The position numbers and the translations under genes were made by a program. A model generated the notes under the pieces. That model was given only the letters and a program-made list of their open reading frames with translations. It was not told the origin of the DNA and searched no databases. This document shows, in pieces, positions 1 to 12,994 of a stretch of 64,000 bases of DNA (positions are counted from its first letter, which is position 1; every line of letters starts with the position of its first letter). Origin of the DNA: an uncultured Planctomycetaceae bacterium (lineage in GTDB: Bacteria; Planctomycetota; Planctomycetia; Isosphaerales; Isosphaeraceae). Location: NCBI GenBank assembly GCA_963813575.1, contig CAWFAF010000062.1, positions 166,862 through 230,861 of the forward strand. The letters are read 5' to 3'.

Positions 1-843
1 ACGACATCCTGGTCAAGCGGCTGGGACTGAGAGCGGGTGCGCTCGATCTGTCGCAATGGAGCGAAATGGTTGGGCGGATCATGCACCCCAAGCACGAGGC
101 CCGGATCGCGGTGGTGGGCAAGTACATGAAGCATCGAGACTCGTACAAGTCGGTCTACGAGTCGCTCGATCACGCGGGCATCGCTCATCGCGCTCGAGTG
201 CTGGTGGTGCCGATCGAGGCCGAGGAAGTCAGTAACCGGGGAGCTGAGGCTCTGCTCGGAGGAGTCAACGGCATCCTGGTCCCCGGCGGTTTCGGCATGC
301 GTGGAATCGAGGGGAAAATCGAAGCGATCCGCTTCGCGCGGACGCGCCAGGTGCCTTACTTCGGCATCTGCCTGGGCATGCAATGCGCGGTGGTCGAGTT
401 TGCTCGTAGCGTGCTGGGCTTGCAAGAAGCCAACAGCACCGAGTTTGACAAGACCACCGACCATCCCGTGATCGGCCTGATGGAAGACCAGCGCTCCGTC
501 AGCCATGCGCGGCGGCACCATGCGCCTGGGAGCCTGGCCCTGCATGCTCGCGCCGGACCGCCTGGCCCGCGGGGCTTACGGTGTGGAAAGGATCAGCGAA
601 CGGCATCGTCATCGGTATGAATTTAACAATGATTATCGCAAGCGATTCGACGAGCATGGCCTGGTCGCTGCCGGAACCAGCCCGGACGGCACGATCGTCG
701 AAATCGTCGAGCTGCTGCACCATCCCTGGTTCCTGGCCGTGCAGTTCCACCCGGAATTCAAGTCCAAGCCGACCAGGGCGCATCCGCTCTTTCGCGATTT
801 CGTGGGCGCTGCACTTCAGAAGCGAGGGATATCCCTGTCATGA
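1..843 (+). CDS. pyrG: CTP synthase, C-terminal glutamine amidotransferase part (5'-truncated by window; frameshift ~500)
   Basis: Motifs VGKY...[38 protein letters not shown] split over ORFs 66..620 and 505..843. Confidence 0.95.
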
Positions 844-916
844 CTGGCACGCCGGGGGAAGCTCCGCGCGGTGAGCCGTTCGCGATCGAACATGGCCAGG
901 AACGGGCGAACCTTTG

Positions 917-2060
917 ATGTTGATCACGGCCCGGCACTACGAAAATTCGCGTTGGGTGGAGCTAGAGCTCGCGGATGGGGCCATCCGGACCGTTCGCGCC
1001 GGACGAGGTCCTGATGAAATTACCCCGACCGACCCTTGGGTCGCACCAGCCTTCTACGACATCCAGCTCAACGGCCGCTGGGGCTTTTCGTTTTCGAGCC
1101 CGGAGCTCACGGTCGAGCAGGTCATGGCGATCGTGCGTGCCCAAGGCGCACTGGGCACGGCGCGCCTGTGTCCTACTTTGATCTCGGCCCCCGCGGAAGA
1201 CATGCGGCACGGGGTGAGCCTCATCGCGGCGGCCTGCGATCAAAGCCACGAAATCTCCAAAATGGTTCTGGGCATCCACCTCGAGGGACCGTTCCTGTCG
1301 GATCGCGAGGGGTATCGAGGGGCTCATCCTCTGGATGCCTTGCGCGATCCCGACTGGGGCCTGTTCCGGGAGCTGCAAGCCGCCTCCGGCAACCGGATCA
1401 TTTTGTTAACCATGGCGCCGGAACGCCGCGGCGCGGTCGAGTTCATCGCCAGGGCCGCCGAGTCGGGAGTGATGGTCGCTCTGGGCCACACGGCCGCCGA
1501 CGGTGAGACGATCGACCGAGCCGTCCGAGCCGGAGCCCGCTTGAGCACGCACCTGGGCAATGGCATCGCCGCGCAACTTCCGCGCCACCCCAACCCGATC
1601 TGGCACCAGGCCGCCCATGATGAGCTGTTCGCTTCGCTGATTGCCGACGGCCATCATCTCGATCGAGCGACGCTCCGCGTCCTGGCCCGGGCCAAGGGTT
1701 TGGCAAACGTGATCTTGATCAGCGACGCCAGCCCACTTGCCGGCTTGCCGGCGGGTACCTACGGCGACTGGGCCGTCGATCCCTCAGGCAAGGTCGTGGT
1801 GGCCGGGAACTCCTTACCTGGCCGGGTCGAACCAGGGGCTCGAGACCGGTCTCCAAACGCTGATGTCTGCCGTTCCGTGCTCAGTCGCCGAGGCGATCTC
1901 GACGGTCACAAGCAACCCAGCTCGCCTACTTGGCCTGCGCTGGATGCCGTTCGAGCCTGGAGAGCCCGCCAACCTGGTGGTGTTTCACCGGCCCGACTTG
2001 ACGGGATTCCTCGTGCAAAAGACGTGCGTGGACGGCGTCTGGCAGGAGGCTGCGGATTGA
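917..2060 (+). CDS. nagA: N-acetylglucosamine-6-phosphate deacetylase (frameshift ~1808)
   Basis: DIQLNG, GIHLEGPFLS...GAH, LGHT, THLGNG, IADGHH, ISDA, then LAGS...NPARLLG in ORF 1737..2060. Confidence 0.9.
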
Positions 2061-2337
2061 ATGGGCCGTCGCACTGGACGCAGACGTCGTAGTCTTGGGT
2101 CCGGCTTCAACATTCATCGGCCATCCCATCATCAGCAGCAAAAGACCAGCATACCCGATGCATCTTTTCATGGTGCGAACCTCGTTAGTGGGGGCGCGTC
2201 ACCCCGACGCGACCCATTCTGGCATGCCCAATAGAAGTGTAGTTCGCGTGCATCGGAAGTTGACAAAAAACCGCGTGACAGCGGAAGTGATCCCCTTCCA
2301 CGCGGTCCAGATGATGTAAGGGCGTCCTGAAGTAGGG

Positions 2338-2404
2338 ACAGCCGCGTACCCCGTCCCCTTGAGTCCGACGCGGCTGTTGTGGCATGGTCCCCTGACCTTG
2401 CCAC
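2338..2404. repeat. Two adjacent hairpins (REP-like or terminator) between convergent genes
   Basis: ACAGCCGCGT (2338-2347) pairs perfectly with ACGCGGCTGT (2368-2377); GTGGCATGGTC-CCCT-GACCTTGCCAC (2379-2404) has one mismatch. Confidence 0.5.
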
Positions 2405-2432
2405 GATTCGGCGGCCGTACCCGCCTTCGGCC

Positions 2433-3945
2433 TTAGACGCTCTCGGCGGGATCTTTGCCGTTAACCCAGTCTCCCTCGAGCTTCTGGTAGCTCTTGGGCT
2501 CCAGCAGCGAGCCGGTGTCGCCGGCTTTCCAGCCGATCACCTGGTTCGGCTTGCCGCGCAGCTTGCTGCGCTCTTCCCAGCGAGCCGCCCACGAGCTATC
2601 GGCCTCGACAACCTGGCCGTTCTCCTTGTTGAAGAAGAGGGCCTTGCCTTCGCGGTACGACTGCACACCCATGTTGACCGTGGTGATCGCGGCGTAGCCG
2701 AGCTCAGCCGGGCAGAGGGTATCCGGGTTGCGAGAGCGCATGCACTCGATGTAATGTTCCCACAGGCTCCGTGTATCCTCGCGGGGCTGATCGGGTCGGA
2801 ACCTGTCCCCTCCGTCGCCTTGATTGGTGCCTGGAGGCGCTGGCTTGCCTTCGAGCTTTTGCTGCATCACGGAAAAGCCGTCACGCGGATGAGGCTCGAA
2901 GCGGATCGTCGCGGTATGGCCGCGGATCACCTCGGGTAGCTGGGTATCGTTGCACATTGTGGCCGAAATGAGGACCTGGCAGCCCTCGTCATAATCGGCA
3001 ACGACAGTCGCCATGTCGGGCACGTCACGGCCGTCGTATTCGAGATAAAGACCGCCCGCTCCCACGACGCGCCGGGGGAACCGCACGCCCATCGCCTGGA
3101 TCAGGTGGGTGAGCTGGTGCACGAAGAGGTCGGTGTACATGCCGCCGCCGAAGTCCCAGTAGCAGCGCCACTGCGCGTACTTGGCCCGGTTGAAGGGCAT
3201 GTCAGGGGCCAGCCCGAATTCGGTTCCCAGGAACATCTTCCAGTCAACGGTCTTGGGGTTCATGTCCTTGGACAGGCCGTAATACCGCCACTGGCCTTCA
3301 TTGCTGTTGCGGTAATAGCTGGTCTGGCCCTGCATGACGTGGCCGATCTTGCCCTCGGTGATCATCTGGTTGGCCATCTTCCAGCGCGGGTCGGCGGTCA
3401 ACTGGACGCCCACCGTGAAGACCCGATTGGTCTTCTTCACCGTCTCGGCAACCCGGCGTGCCTCATCGATGGTGTGGGTCATCGGCTTTTCGCAGTAGAC
3501 GTCCTTGCCGGCTTCCATGGCGTCGATCGACATCCGGGCGTGCCAGTGGTCCGGCGTGGCGATCAAGAAGCAGTCGATGTCCTTGCACTCCAGCAGGCGG
3601 CGGTAATCCTTGGTGATCCGGTCCTTGTCCTTGCCTTGAGGATCGAGACCGCACCGCTTGGCCGAGTAGTAAAGGCCGCGCTTGATGCTGTCGTTGCCGT
3701 CCCAGACGTCGCACAGTCCAATGATGTCAACGCCCTTGGACTCGTCTTTGAGGTGGCCCAAGATCCGAATGTGCTCCTGGGCGCGGCCACCAGGGCCCAG
3801 GATGCCGATGTTGATGCGCTCGATTGGCGCCCTTGACGCCGCCGATGGCCGGATGGGGAAACGCGCTGGCGGCCACGGCCGCTCCGGTCGCAGCGCCCGC
3901 CGTTTCCAGAAAAAGACGACGGCTCACCATGGGTTTGTCTTTCAT
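2433..3945 (-). CDS. Gfo/Idh/MocA-family oxidoreductase with Tat signal (frameshift ~3830)
   Basis: SRRLFL Tat motif in ORF 3727..4062; IATPDHWH, GKDVYCEKPM, WRCYWDFGGGMYTD in 2433..3761. Confidence 0.9.
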
Positions 3946-4224
3946 CGGTTGACACTCCGGGGTGATCGGAAAATAGTTCACAAGCTGTTCGAGTGGGTGG
4001 TCAGCGTCAATCGGCCTGCCCAAGAGGCCCGGGGCGGGTTCAAGCGAGACTTCCGTGGCCATCCGAAATCGAAGCCAGGAGACCTGTCCAAACTAACGGC
4101 GCGCACGAGGTTCAGTCAATGAGTGACCGCCGTCCCCGGACGTCGCGAGCGTTTACTTACTCCGGCCCAGCGAGTCTCGATTTTCTTGGCCAAATTGGCC
4201 GCCGACCCAGATCATGCCGCTCGC

Positions 4225-4240
4225 TGGCACGCGGCTTGCT
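4225..4240 (+). promoter_or_regulatory. sigma54 (-24/-12) promoter upstream of the bestrophin gene
   Basis: TGGCACGCGGCTTGCT matches TGGCAC-N5-TTGCW, GG-N10-GC spacing, ~120 bp before the ATG. Confidence 0.7.
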
Positions 4241-4360
4241 GACATCGCTGCGACCCGGAAGCCGGGGATGACAGTGCGATCCTCGCCGACGCCGCAAGTC
4301 TGGGTCGATGACTCGATCAGAGAGCGTGGAATGATTGCTCATGGAGAGAGAGGATTCTCG

Positions 4361-5330
4361 ATGATCCGTTACGAGAAACGCCGCTGGGCATCGCATCTCT
4401 TCGACATCCGCGGATCGATGTCGCTGGAGATTGTCGGGCGCGTCTCGGCTTGTGTGCTCTGGTCGCTCATCGTGGTGACCGCTCACCACTTTTATCGCGG
4501 CCTGGCTGTCCCCGCCACGGCTCATACGCTGGTCGGAGCGGCGCTTGGCCTCTTGCTGGTATTTCGGACCAATGCTTCATACGACCGCTACTGGGAAGGA
4601 CGACGACAATGGGGCGCGATCATCAACGAATCGCGCAACCTGGGCCGAATGTCCCGTGTCTACCTGAACCAGGGCGCACCCGACCTGGCGCGGCGCATCG
4701 GGCTGTGGACGATGGCCTTCGCCCACGCCGTGGCCAACCGTCTGCGTGACGGTGACGGCTTGGGACCCGCCGGCGATCTGCTGCCGCCCCTGGAAACTCA
4801 CGCTGCGCTGGCGGCTGGAAACACACCGATGGCCGCAGCCGCCAGGATGACCGAGGCGCTTGTCCAGGCGCGCGACCGGGGCGTGATCAGTGACTTCCTG
4901 ATGGGTGGCATCGATCACAACATCCAGCAACTGGTCGACTATTACGGAAGTTGCGAACGGATTCGCAAGACGCCTCTGCCGTTCGTCTATGTCGTTCACC
5001 TCCGGCGCAGCCCTGATCCTGTACTGCTTCTCCCTGCCGTTCGCCATCGTGTCCCTTTATGGTTGGTGGACGGTGCTGGTCACGCTCTTGATTGCCTACA
5101 CGCTCTTCGGCATCGAGGAAATCGGCGTCGAGGTCGAGAACCCATTCGGGTACGACGCCAACGATCTCCCCTTACGCCAGTTCTGCCAGACCATCGACAT
5201 GGATCTGACCGAACTGCTCGGGCTCGTACCCATTGCCGCCGTGGTTGCCGACCCAGCCCCCCATAATGAGAGCGAGGCCATCGCCACCGACGCGACGAAC
5301 TCCAGCCTGCTCTCATCAACCCCCGTCTGA
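4361..5330 (+). CDS. Bestrophin-family (YneE-like) anion channel (frameshift ~5010)
   Basis: LLVFRTNASYDRYWEGRRQWG, CERIRKTPLPF, EEIGVEVENPFGYDANDLPL. Confidence 0.92.
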
Positions 5331-5581
5331 GTTGATCCGTCATCACGTAAGTCTCAGGGCGACTGCGGTTTCCCGCAAGGTCGCGGGATCGCGCGGGTGC
5401 ATCTTGCGAGACGACGTTTGACAGATTCGAGATCCATCCTCAGAATAGAGAGCAAGCCAGCGAGCAAGCGTGACGGAACGGGTGGCTTGATGCCTTCAGC
5501 GGGATTGGCACAACTTCGGTTCTTTAATAGGCATCGACAGATTGAGGAACAGCCGATTTCGGATTCAAAGCCCAGAATTTG

Positions 5582-6076
5582 ATGAAACAGTTCGTGAGGG
5601 AATCCCGAATCGCGGCCTCGCCCCAAGCAGTGTTCGCATTTCACGAGAGCCCAGACGCCTTGGAGCGGCTGATCCCGCCCTGGGAGAATGTGAAATTGGT
5701 GGCAGCGTCGGGCTCTTTGAAACCTGGAGCGCGTGTGGTTCTAAGAAGTAGACGGGGGCCGTTTTCCTGGAACTGGGTGGCCGAGCACACGGAGTATGAG
5801 CCGGGACGAATGTTTGCCGACCGGCAGGTTCATGGACCTTTCTCCTACTGGTACCACCGTCATTTCTTTCTGGATGACGGACAGGGAGGAACGATTCTTC
5901 GCGACGTGGTCAACTACCGGCTGCCCCTGGGTAGGCTGGGAGAGCGACTGGGACAGAGCTTTGTGGAATCGAGAATGAGGAAAATGTTTGATTACCGGCA
6001 TCGAGTAACCAAACAGTTGGTGGAGTCTGGCGAATACACGCCGGTAGGCAAGGTTCGTCCTGCGCCCGGATCATGA
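5582..6076 (+). CDS. SRPBCC-superfamily protein
   Basis: VFAFHE...LERLIPPW, WVAEHTEY, FADRQVHGPFSYWYHRH, MFDYRH. Confidence 0.85.
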   Translation: MKQFVRESRIAASPQAVFAFHESPDALERLIPPWENVKLVAASGSLKPGARVVLRSRRGPFSWNWVAEHTEYEPGRMFADRQVHGPFSYWYHRHFFLDDGQGGTILRDVVNYRLPLGRLGERLGQSFVESRMRKMFDYRHRVTKQLVESGEYTPVGKVRPAPGS

Positions 6077-6335
6077 CCCTGATTGCTGAGGGCCGCCTCG
6101 TGGGCGGCCTGTCGTTCAAGTCGATACGCAGGGTTCCGAGGCCTGGCGTGAGTTCCCGACATTTCCCGGAAACCGCACCGCATCTTGCGGTTTCCCAGAC
6201 GTCTTACCACTGGTAAAATGAACCACTTCCATTGAGGCGAGGAAAGCGGAGGAACCGCTGGGCCTCGCCGTCGAGAGTGACGCAACGGCAAGAGAAGGTA
6301 CGGCAAAGACAAACAGGCACCTGGCGATTCCCATC

Positions 6336-7380
6336 ATGCCGCGCACAATTCTGTGTCAACAATGTGGTCTTGTCTTGAACCTGCCGGACAGCATCAGGGC
6401 GGGAAAGCGCATGAAGTGCCCGAAATGCGCCCACAGGTTCGAAGTCTCCCAGGCCGACGCCAGCTCCGCATCTACCTTTCCGGGCGATGCCGACGCGGCC
6501 ACGGCCTCCTCGTACGAAATCAGAAATCGACCGCCAAGCCAGGATGATCTGCCTGTTTCCGCGGGCGGGGGCGATCTGCGCGATCTCTTCGATCTGCCGA
6601 TGGGCACCGGGACGTCGATCGAGAAATCAGCCGCCTCGGCGCGGACCGCGGCGGTGAGCGATGCGGAGGCGCTCTTCCAGGACGACCCGGCCCTCAGGCG
6701 CAAGAAAACAGGGGCCGAAGCCCGAGCGAGGACCCGCAGATGCACCCAGTGCGGCGGGGCCGTGCCCATGGGCATGTCGATCTGCGTCGCCTGCGGGGTC
6801 GACCAGGAAACGGGAATGCGCGTCGGCCTCGAAGACGATTTCGCCCCACCGCCGCCACCGCCCGCGACGGGTCCTCCGCTCCACATTGCGATTACTGGCT
6901 TCCTCTGCGGCCTGGCCTCCTCTCTCCTTCTTATCTATGCACTCATCCTATCGATCCGCGGCGAGCCGGGCGCGACGCAATATGGGTGGCTCTGCCTGGC
7001 CTTGGTCTCCGCCTTTGGCATCTATGGCGCGATCCAGTTCTACATCGGCAGGTCAACCAAGTACCTGTTGCTTGCGCTTTCCCTCGGCGTTCTCGTTGAC
7101 CTGGCGGCACTCATCGCGTTGCCCATCTATCAGGCGTACTTCGAGGACCGGGAACGAGTTGTGATCAACCGCGGACCCGTCAATCCGGGTGCTGAACGTG
7201 CCAATCGACCAGGAGGACGTGCTGATCAAGCCGACGGTCGAGCGGATGGACCAGTCGAAGATCAATCTCGGTCTCACCCTGATTGCGATCTACGTCGGTC
7301 TGTCGGTCTATCTGATGTCGCCCCTCGTGAAGCGCTACTTCATACGTCAGGCCGCACTGACAAACGTGCCGCTCGCGTGA
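6336..7380 (+). CDS. Zn-ribbon-containing membrane protein (hypothetical; frameshift ~7190)
   Basis: CQQC...CPKC and CTQC...CVAC pairs, poly-Pro linker, several hydrophobic segments; last TM segment in ORF 7189..7380. Confidence 0.7.
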
Positions 7381-7749
7381 ACCGACACTTCGATTAACCG
7401 TCAGTTCGACTCGGTATCTTGGCCGGGGCATGAACACCTCATCGTCCTCCCTGCCCATAATGTGCTTGTTCAGCATCGGCTAACTTCATCTCCCGGACGC
7501 TGATCCATCCACTGCGCCGAGGCCCGGACCAGATCCATCCAAAACCCGCCGTTTTTCTCCGGACCAATGTCTCAAATCTTGACCCGGAAGCGATTCCTCA
7601 AGCAGGTACGATCGCCTTGGTTCGCTCGCATAGAACGATTTGGCCAATGCTCGCACGCTTTCGTCAGCAAAGAGTCGCCAGTGCCCAGGTCGAGCGTGAC
7701 CGCTGTGAACTGTGATCCGACCACTTGAGCATCGAGAGGAGACAAGGGA

Positions 7750-8822
7750 ATGAGGATCTTGCACGCGTGCTTCTTTTCGGGACTTGCCTCTGAGTGCAAG
7801 CCTATGTATGGTGTCTCCGGCCCGCGCCGCGGGGATCACCATCATCAACAACACCAACTTCGGCGGTTTCAACTTCACCAATTTCGACGGCCCAACACCG
7901 GGCACGAACGCCGGAGCGGGCACGAACATGAACGGCATCTCGAACTCGGGCACTGCCGTCGGGTTCACGATTGACAATGCCGGGAATCTGTCGAACTTCA
8001 CCACGAATCCGCTGATTTCCACGAACGCCAACGTGCTGCCCATTACCGGCACGACGACCGCCATGGCGTTCGGGGTCAACTCCGCCGGCACGGTGGTGGG
8101 TACCGACGGCAACGGCAACGCATTCACTTTGGTCGGCGGCACGCAGACCAATTTCATCCCGCTGGGCGGGACTTCGGCGGCCGCGTTCGGGATCAACGAC
8201 AAGGGCACGATCGTCGGCCAGTACACGAACGCGACGGCCACTCCGGGGTTCATCCAGACCGGCCCTAGCACGTTCATCACGATCAATGCCCCCTCCGGGC
8301 CGAATACCGTCAACGCCCAAGGCATCAACAACAACGGGCTGGTCGTGGGCTTCTACGTCGGCACCGACGGGCAGGTCCACGGGTTCATGGCCAACCAGGC
8401 TTCCGCGGTGGGTGGCATGCTCACCGGCACTCCGATCACTGACCCCACCATTCCGCCCGTCGCCGGCGAGCCCGGTGCCACGTTCGTGTTCTCGCAGGTT
8501 CTCGGGCATCAACGATCAGGGCATCGCAGTGGGCTACTATGGTGATTCCACCACCAGTCAGCACGGCTTCATCTACGACACCCACACCGGCAAGTACACT
8601 TTCCTTGACGACCCCAACGTCGCGTTTTCTAACGGCGTGGAAGTCACGCAGATCACGGGGATCAACAACTTCGGCGAGATCACGGGGTTTTACTCCGACG
8701 CCAACGGAGTCTTCCACGGCTTTGTCGCGGCCGTTCCCGAGCCGAGCTCGGTCGTGATGCTAGGGATTGGCCTGGTCGGCAGCGTGGCCGTCGCTCGCCG
8801 ACGGATGAGGCGGCCGGCCTGA
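7750..8822 (+). CDS. PEP-CTERM sorting-domain surface protein with HAF-like repeats (frameshifts ~7785 and ~8505)
   Basis: Signal peptide ending ARAA, repeated GIN(N/D)xGxIVG units, C-terminal VPEPSS-TM-RRRMRR. Confidence 0.9.
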
Positions 8823-8889
8823 TCGTCGAAGCCTGAGATCCCGAGCTTCGCGTCACCTCGCAACCGGCTTTCCGCGGGTGCGAGGTTTT

Positions 8890-10398
8890 TCACGCCAGAA
8901 TCTGCTTGACGACGCGCCCGTGCACGTCGGTCAGCCGGAAGTCGCGGCCCTGGAATTTGTAGGTGAGCTTGGTGTGGTCGATGCCCAGCAGGTGCAGGAT
9001 CGTCGCGTTCAGGTCGTAGACTTCGACCGGGTCCTTGACGATGTTGTAGGAGAAGTCGTCGGTCTCGCCAAGAGTCATGCCCGGCTTGATGCCGCCGCCG
9101 GCGAGCCAGATCGTGAAGCAGCGGGGGTGGTGGTCGCGGCCGTAATTGGTGGCCGTGAGCGTGCCTTGTGAATAGATCGTGCGGCCGAACTCGCCGCCCC
9201 AGATGACCAGTGTGTCATCCAGCAGCCCGCGCTGCTTCAGATCGTGGATCAAGTGCGGCCGAGGGCTGGTCGGTGTCCTGGCACTGGGTGCGGATCTGGC
9301 TGGGCAGGTTGCTGTGCTGGTCCCAGCCCATGTGATAAAGCTGGATGAACCGCACTCCGCGCTCCGCCAGCCGGCGGGCCAGCAGGCAGTTGGCGGCGTA
9401 ACTGCCGGGCTTGTGCACGTCTGGGCCGTAGAGATCGAGGATCGACGCGGGCTCGCTGGAGAGGTCGGTCAGCTCGGGGACCGACGATTGCATCCGGTAG
9501 GCCAGCTCGTACTGGCTGACGCGGGTAAGGATCTCGGGATCGCCGGTTTCCTCGTGGTGCAGACCTGGTTCGAGCGCGCCGAGCTCGTCGAGCATCTGTC
9601 GCCGTGTCGCGTTCGAGCAGCCGGCGGGGTTGGCAAGATAAAGCACGGGCTCCTTGCCGCCGCGCAGCTTCACGCCCTGGTAGCGGGTCGGCAGGAAGCC
9701 GCAACCCCACAGGCGGTCGTAAAGGGGCTGGTCGGTCCGGCCGCGCGAGAGCAAGACCACGAACGCCGGCAGGTCCTGGTTCATGCTGCCCAGCCCGTAC
9801 GCGACCCAGGCGCCCATGCTGGGCCGGCCCGCGAGCTGCGAGCCGGTCTGCACGAACGTGATCGCCGGGTCGTGGTTGATCGCCTCGGTCTGCATCGAGC
9901 TTGATGATGCAGATGTCGTCGGCGATGCCCGCCGTGTGGGGCAGCAGCTCGCTCAGCCAGGCGCCTGCTCTGTCCGTGCGGGCGAACCTGAAGATCGACG
10001 GAGCGACCGGCAAGTTCTTCTGGCCGGAGGTCATCGTCGTGATGCGCTGGCCCATGCGAACCGAGTCGGGCAGCTCGATCCCGCGCTGGTCGAGAATCGC
10101 GGGCTTGTCGATCGAAGAGGTCGATCTGCGACGGCGCGCCTGACTGAAAGAGATAGATCACGCGCTTGGCCTTGGGTGGGAAATGCGGCAGGCCCGCCAG
10201 GCACCCTTCCGCAGCGGCCACCGCCTGGCCTGGCGTATCGGCGGCTGGCGTCGTCCCGACCGAGCAGCGACCCAGCGCGATCGATCCCAGGCCGAGGCCG
10301 GAGCGACCAAGAAAGTGCCGGCGGTTCAACTGCTGGACGATTTGAAGGTCGTTCACGAGCAGGCTCTCGAGTGAGCGGCTGGCGGCTCGGTCTGTCAT
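8890..10398 (-). CDS. DUF1501 domain (sulfatase-like) protein (several frameshifts)
   Basis: LNRRHFL Tat-like start, [58 protein letters not shown]. Confidence 0.92.
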
Positions 10399-12750
10399 TC
10401 ATTCCCGCGTGATGGTCTCGTCCAGGTTCAAGATGACGCTGCCGGCGGCGGTGTATGCGGCGAGGTCGATGGGTTCGATCTTGGGGTCACCGGGTTTTCG
10501 CCATGGCGCGATCCACTGGGTCGCGAGTTCGGCTGTCGCGCGGAAGGCTGTGATATCGTTCCAGCCCGCGCGCAGGACGACTCGAGCTCGGCGATCGCCG
10601 GCATTCGCGGTCGCGCGGCGGAACGCGTAGCCGATTCGTGCCTCGGCGGTGCTGCCTCCTTCGTCATCATGAGCTTGGCGAGGTGCGTGGCGGCTTCAAC
10701 GTAGGTGACGTCATTGAGCAGCTCGAGTGCTTGAAGCGGCGTGTTGGTGCGAGGGCGCTTGACCTGGCAGATTTCGCGGCTGGGGGCGTCGAACGTCGCC
10801 ATGGCCGGATGGGGGACGGTGCGCTTGCGATAGACGTAGAGGCTGCGGCGGTAGAGATGCGGCCCCCTGTCTTGAACATACTTCCCTTCGCCCGCGCCGC
10901 CGGCCAGCTCTTCCCAGAGACCGGCCGGCTGATACGGTTTGACAGAGGGTCCGCCCAGTCTGGACGAGCAGCAGTCCGGCGATCGCCAGGGCATTGTCGC
11001 GCACGAGCTCGGCCGGCAGCCGGAACCGCGGGCCACGCGATAGCAGGCGGTTTTCCGGGTCGTGCTCGTGCAGATCGACGGCGGTGCGCTGTGAAGACTG
11101 GCGAAACGTCGCACTGGTGACGATCAGCCGGTGCAGCGCTTTCTGGTCCCAGCCCGAGGCGGATGAACTCGGTCGCCAGCCAATCGAGCAGCTCGGGGTG
11201 CGACGGCGGCTCGCTCTGGAGGCCGAAGTTCTCGGCAGTCTTGACCAGGCCGATTCCGAAATGCTGTTGCCAGAGCCGGTTCACGGCCACGCGGGCGGTG
11301 AGCGGATTCTCCGGCCGAGACCAGCCAGCGCGCCAGGCCAAGGCGGTTGGCGGGCACCTTTTCGGGCATGCGGCGTCAAGCAGCCGGGAACGCCCGGCTC
11401 GACCTGCTGGCTGGTGTCGGGCATGTCGTATCGGCCACGCTTGAGCACATAGGTCGGCGGCGGCGTTTTCAGGTCTTCCATCACCATCACGCGTGGGAAT
11501 CGCCTTCTGAGTACTCCTCCTTCTGCCTTCGCGAGCTTCTCGCATTTCCTTCTTGTCCGTCCGCGTCTTGGTCGACGGCGATCAGGCCGGTCCAGCCTCG
11601 CAAGCTCTTTCTGTTCGTTCTCGGTTGGCAGCGGCAACAAGCGGCGGCACGTTGCCGCGCGTCTCGGTGTAAACACCTTTCTCGTTGACGCTGTTGAAGA
11701 AGGCGAGGAACTGGTAAAACTCCTGTCTGCGAGATCGGGTCGAACTTGTGGTCGTGGCAGCGGGCGCAGCCCATGGTCAGGCCGAGGAAAACGGTGGCCG
11801 TCGTTTCGACGCGGTCGACGGCGTTCTCGATCCGCCATTCCTCGTCGATCGAGCCGGCCTCGGTGACCGTGCGGTTGTTGCGGTTGAAGCCGGTGGCGAT
11901 CCTTTGTTCGAGCGTGGCGCCTGGCAGAAGATCGCCGGCCATCTGGTCGGTGACGAACTGATCAAACGGCTCGTTGCGGTTGAACGCCGCGATCACCCAG
12001 TCGCGCCAGGGCCACATGGTGCGGGCGAAATCGTTCTGGTAGCCGTTGGTATCGGCGTAGCGGGCGCCATCGAGCCAGTCCATGGCCATCCGCTCGCCGT
12101 AGTGAGGCGAGGCCAGCAGCCGATCGACGAGCTCTTCATAGGCTCTGGGAGATGTGTTCGCGGCGAACGCGTCGACTTCGTCGGGTGTCGGCGGCAGACC
12201 CGTCAGATCGAGACTCAGCCGGCGAATCAACGTGGCGCGATCGGCCTCGGGCGACGGCTTCAACTTCTCGGTCTCGAGCCGGGCCAGAACGAAACGGTCG
12301 ATCGGGTTGCGGGCCCAGCCCGAATCGTGCACCGAGGGCGGCGCGACCGTCGAACGGGCGGTTCGAAAGCCCAGTGCTTTCCCCACCTGGCACCCTGATC
12401 GACCCATCGTTTAAGTAGGTCTTTCTGGGATTCGCTGAGCTTGCGTTCCCGACTTCGGCGGCGGCATCGCCTCGTCGGCGTCCATACTCGAAGACGCGCC
12501 GGATCAGCTCGCTCTCCGCGCTCTTGCCGGGCACGATGATCGGTTCATTCGTCCGCAGGGCGCTCTGCTTGTCATCAAGGCGGAGGTCGGCCTTGCGCGT
12601 TTTGGCATCGGGCCCGTGGCAGAGGAAGCAGTTCTGCGAGAGGATCGGCAAGACGTCGCGACTGAAGTCAACCGAGCCGGCGTCTCCGGCCCGGCCGGAA
12701 GCGGGGAAAAGCCAGGCGATCATCGTCACAATCTGGGCGATCACGCATGG
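10399..12750 (-). CDS. PSD1/planctomycete cytochrome c domain protein (DUF1549 + DUF1553; several frameshifts)
   Basis: [29 protein letters not shown], YGERMAxxWLDxARYADT, [29 protein letters not shown]. Confidence 0.92.
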
Positions 12751-12900
12751 GCCGAACAGTGGCGCGGTCGGGAGACCCTTGCCACGCGCGGTGCATCTCG
12801 GTGACGAGGCAGATCCGATTGCATTCGCTCCTCTGGGGCGGGCATGCGGGGCGGGTTGGAACCTTCAACAAGATTATCGCTTTTACCGAGCTTGGGAAAC

Positions 12901-12994
12901 AAGCGCTCGTACCTCAACCCCCAGCACTCTGTCGTTTCGCCCGCACGCGGCGAGCGAAGCGGTTGACGCTAATGACGTGCCTCTTATGGATGTC
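12901..12994 (-). repeat. Diverged duplicate of the 3' end of the thioesterase gene at 40166 (att-like scar)
   Basis: Ungapped 94-bp match to 40153-40246, about 17 mismatches by eye; encodes IHKRHVISVNRFARRVRAKRQSAGG* versus IHKRRVIDVDRFARRVQAKRESAGG*. Confidence 0.9.

Noticed and set aside
5505-5520. TTGGCACAACTTCGGT as a sigma54 promoter for the SRPBCC gene
   Set aside because: Lacks the GC at -12.
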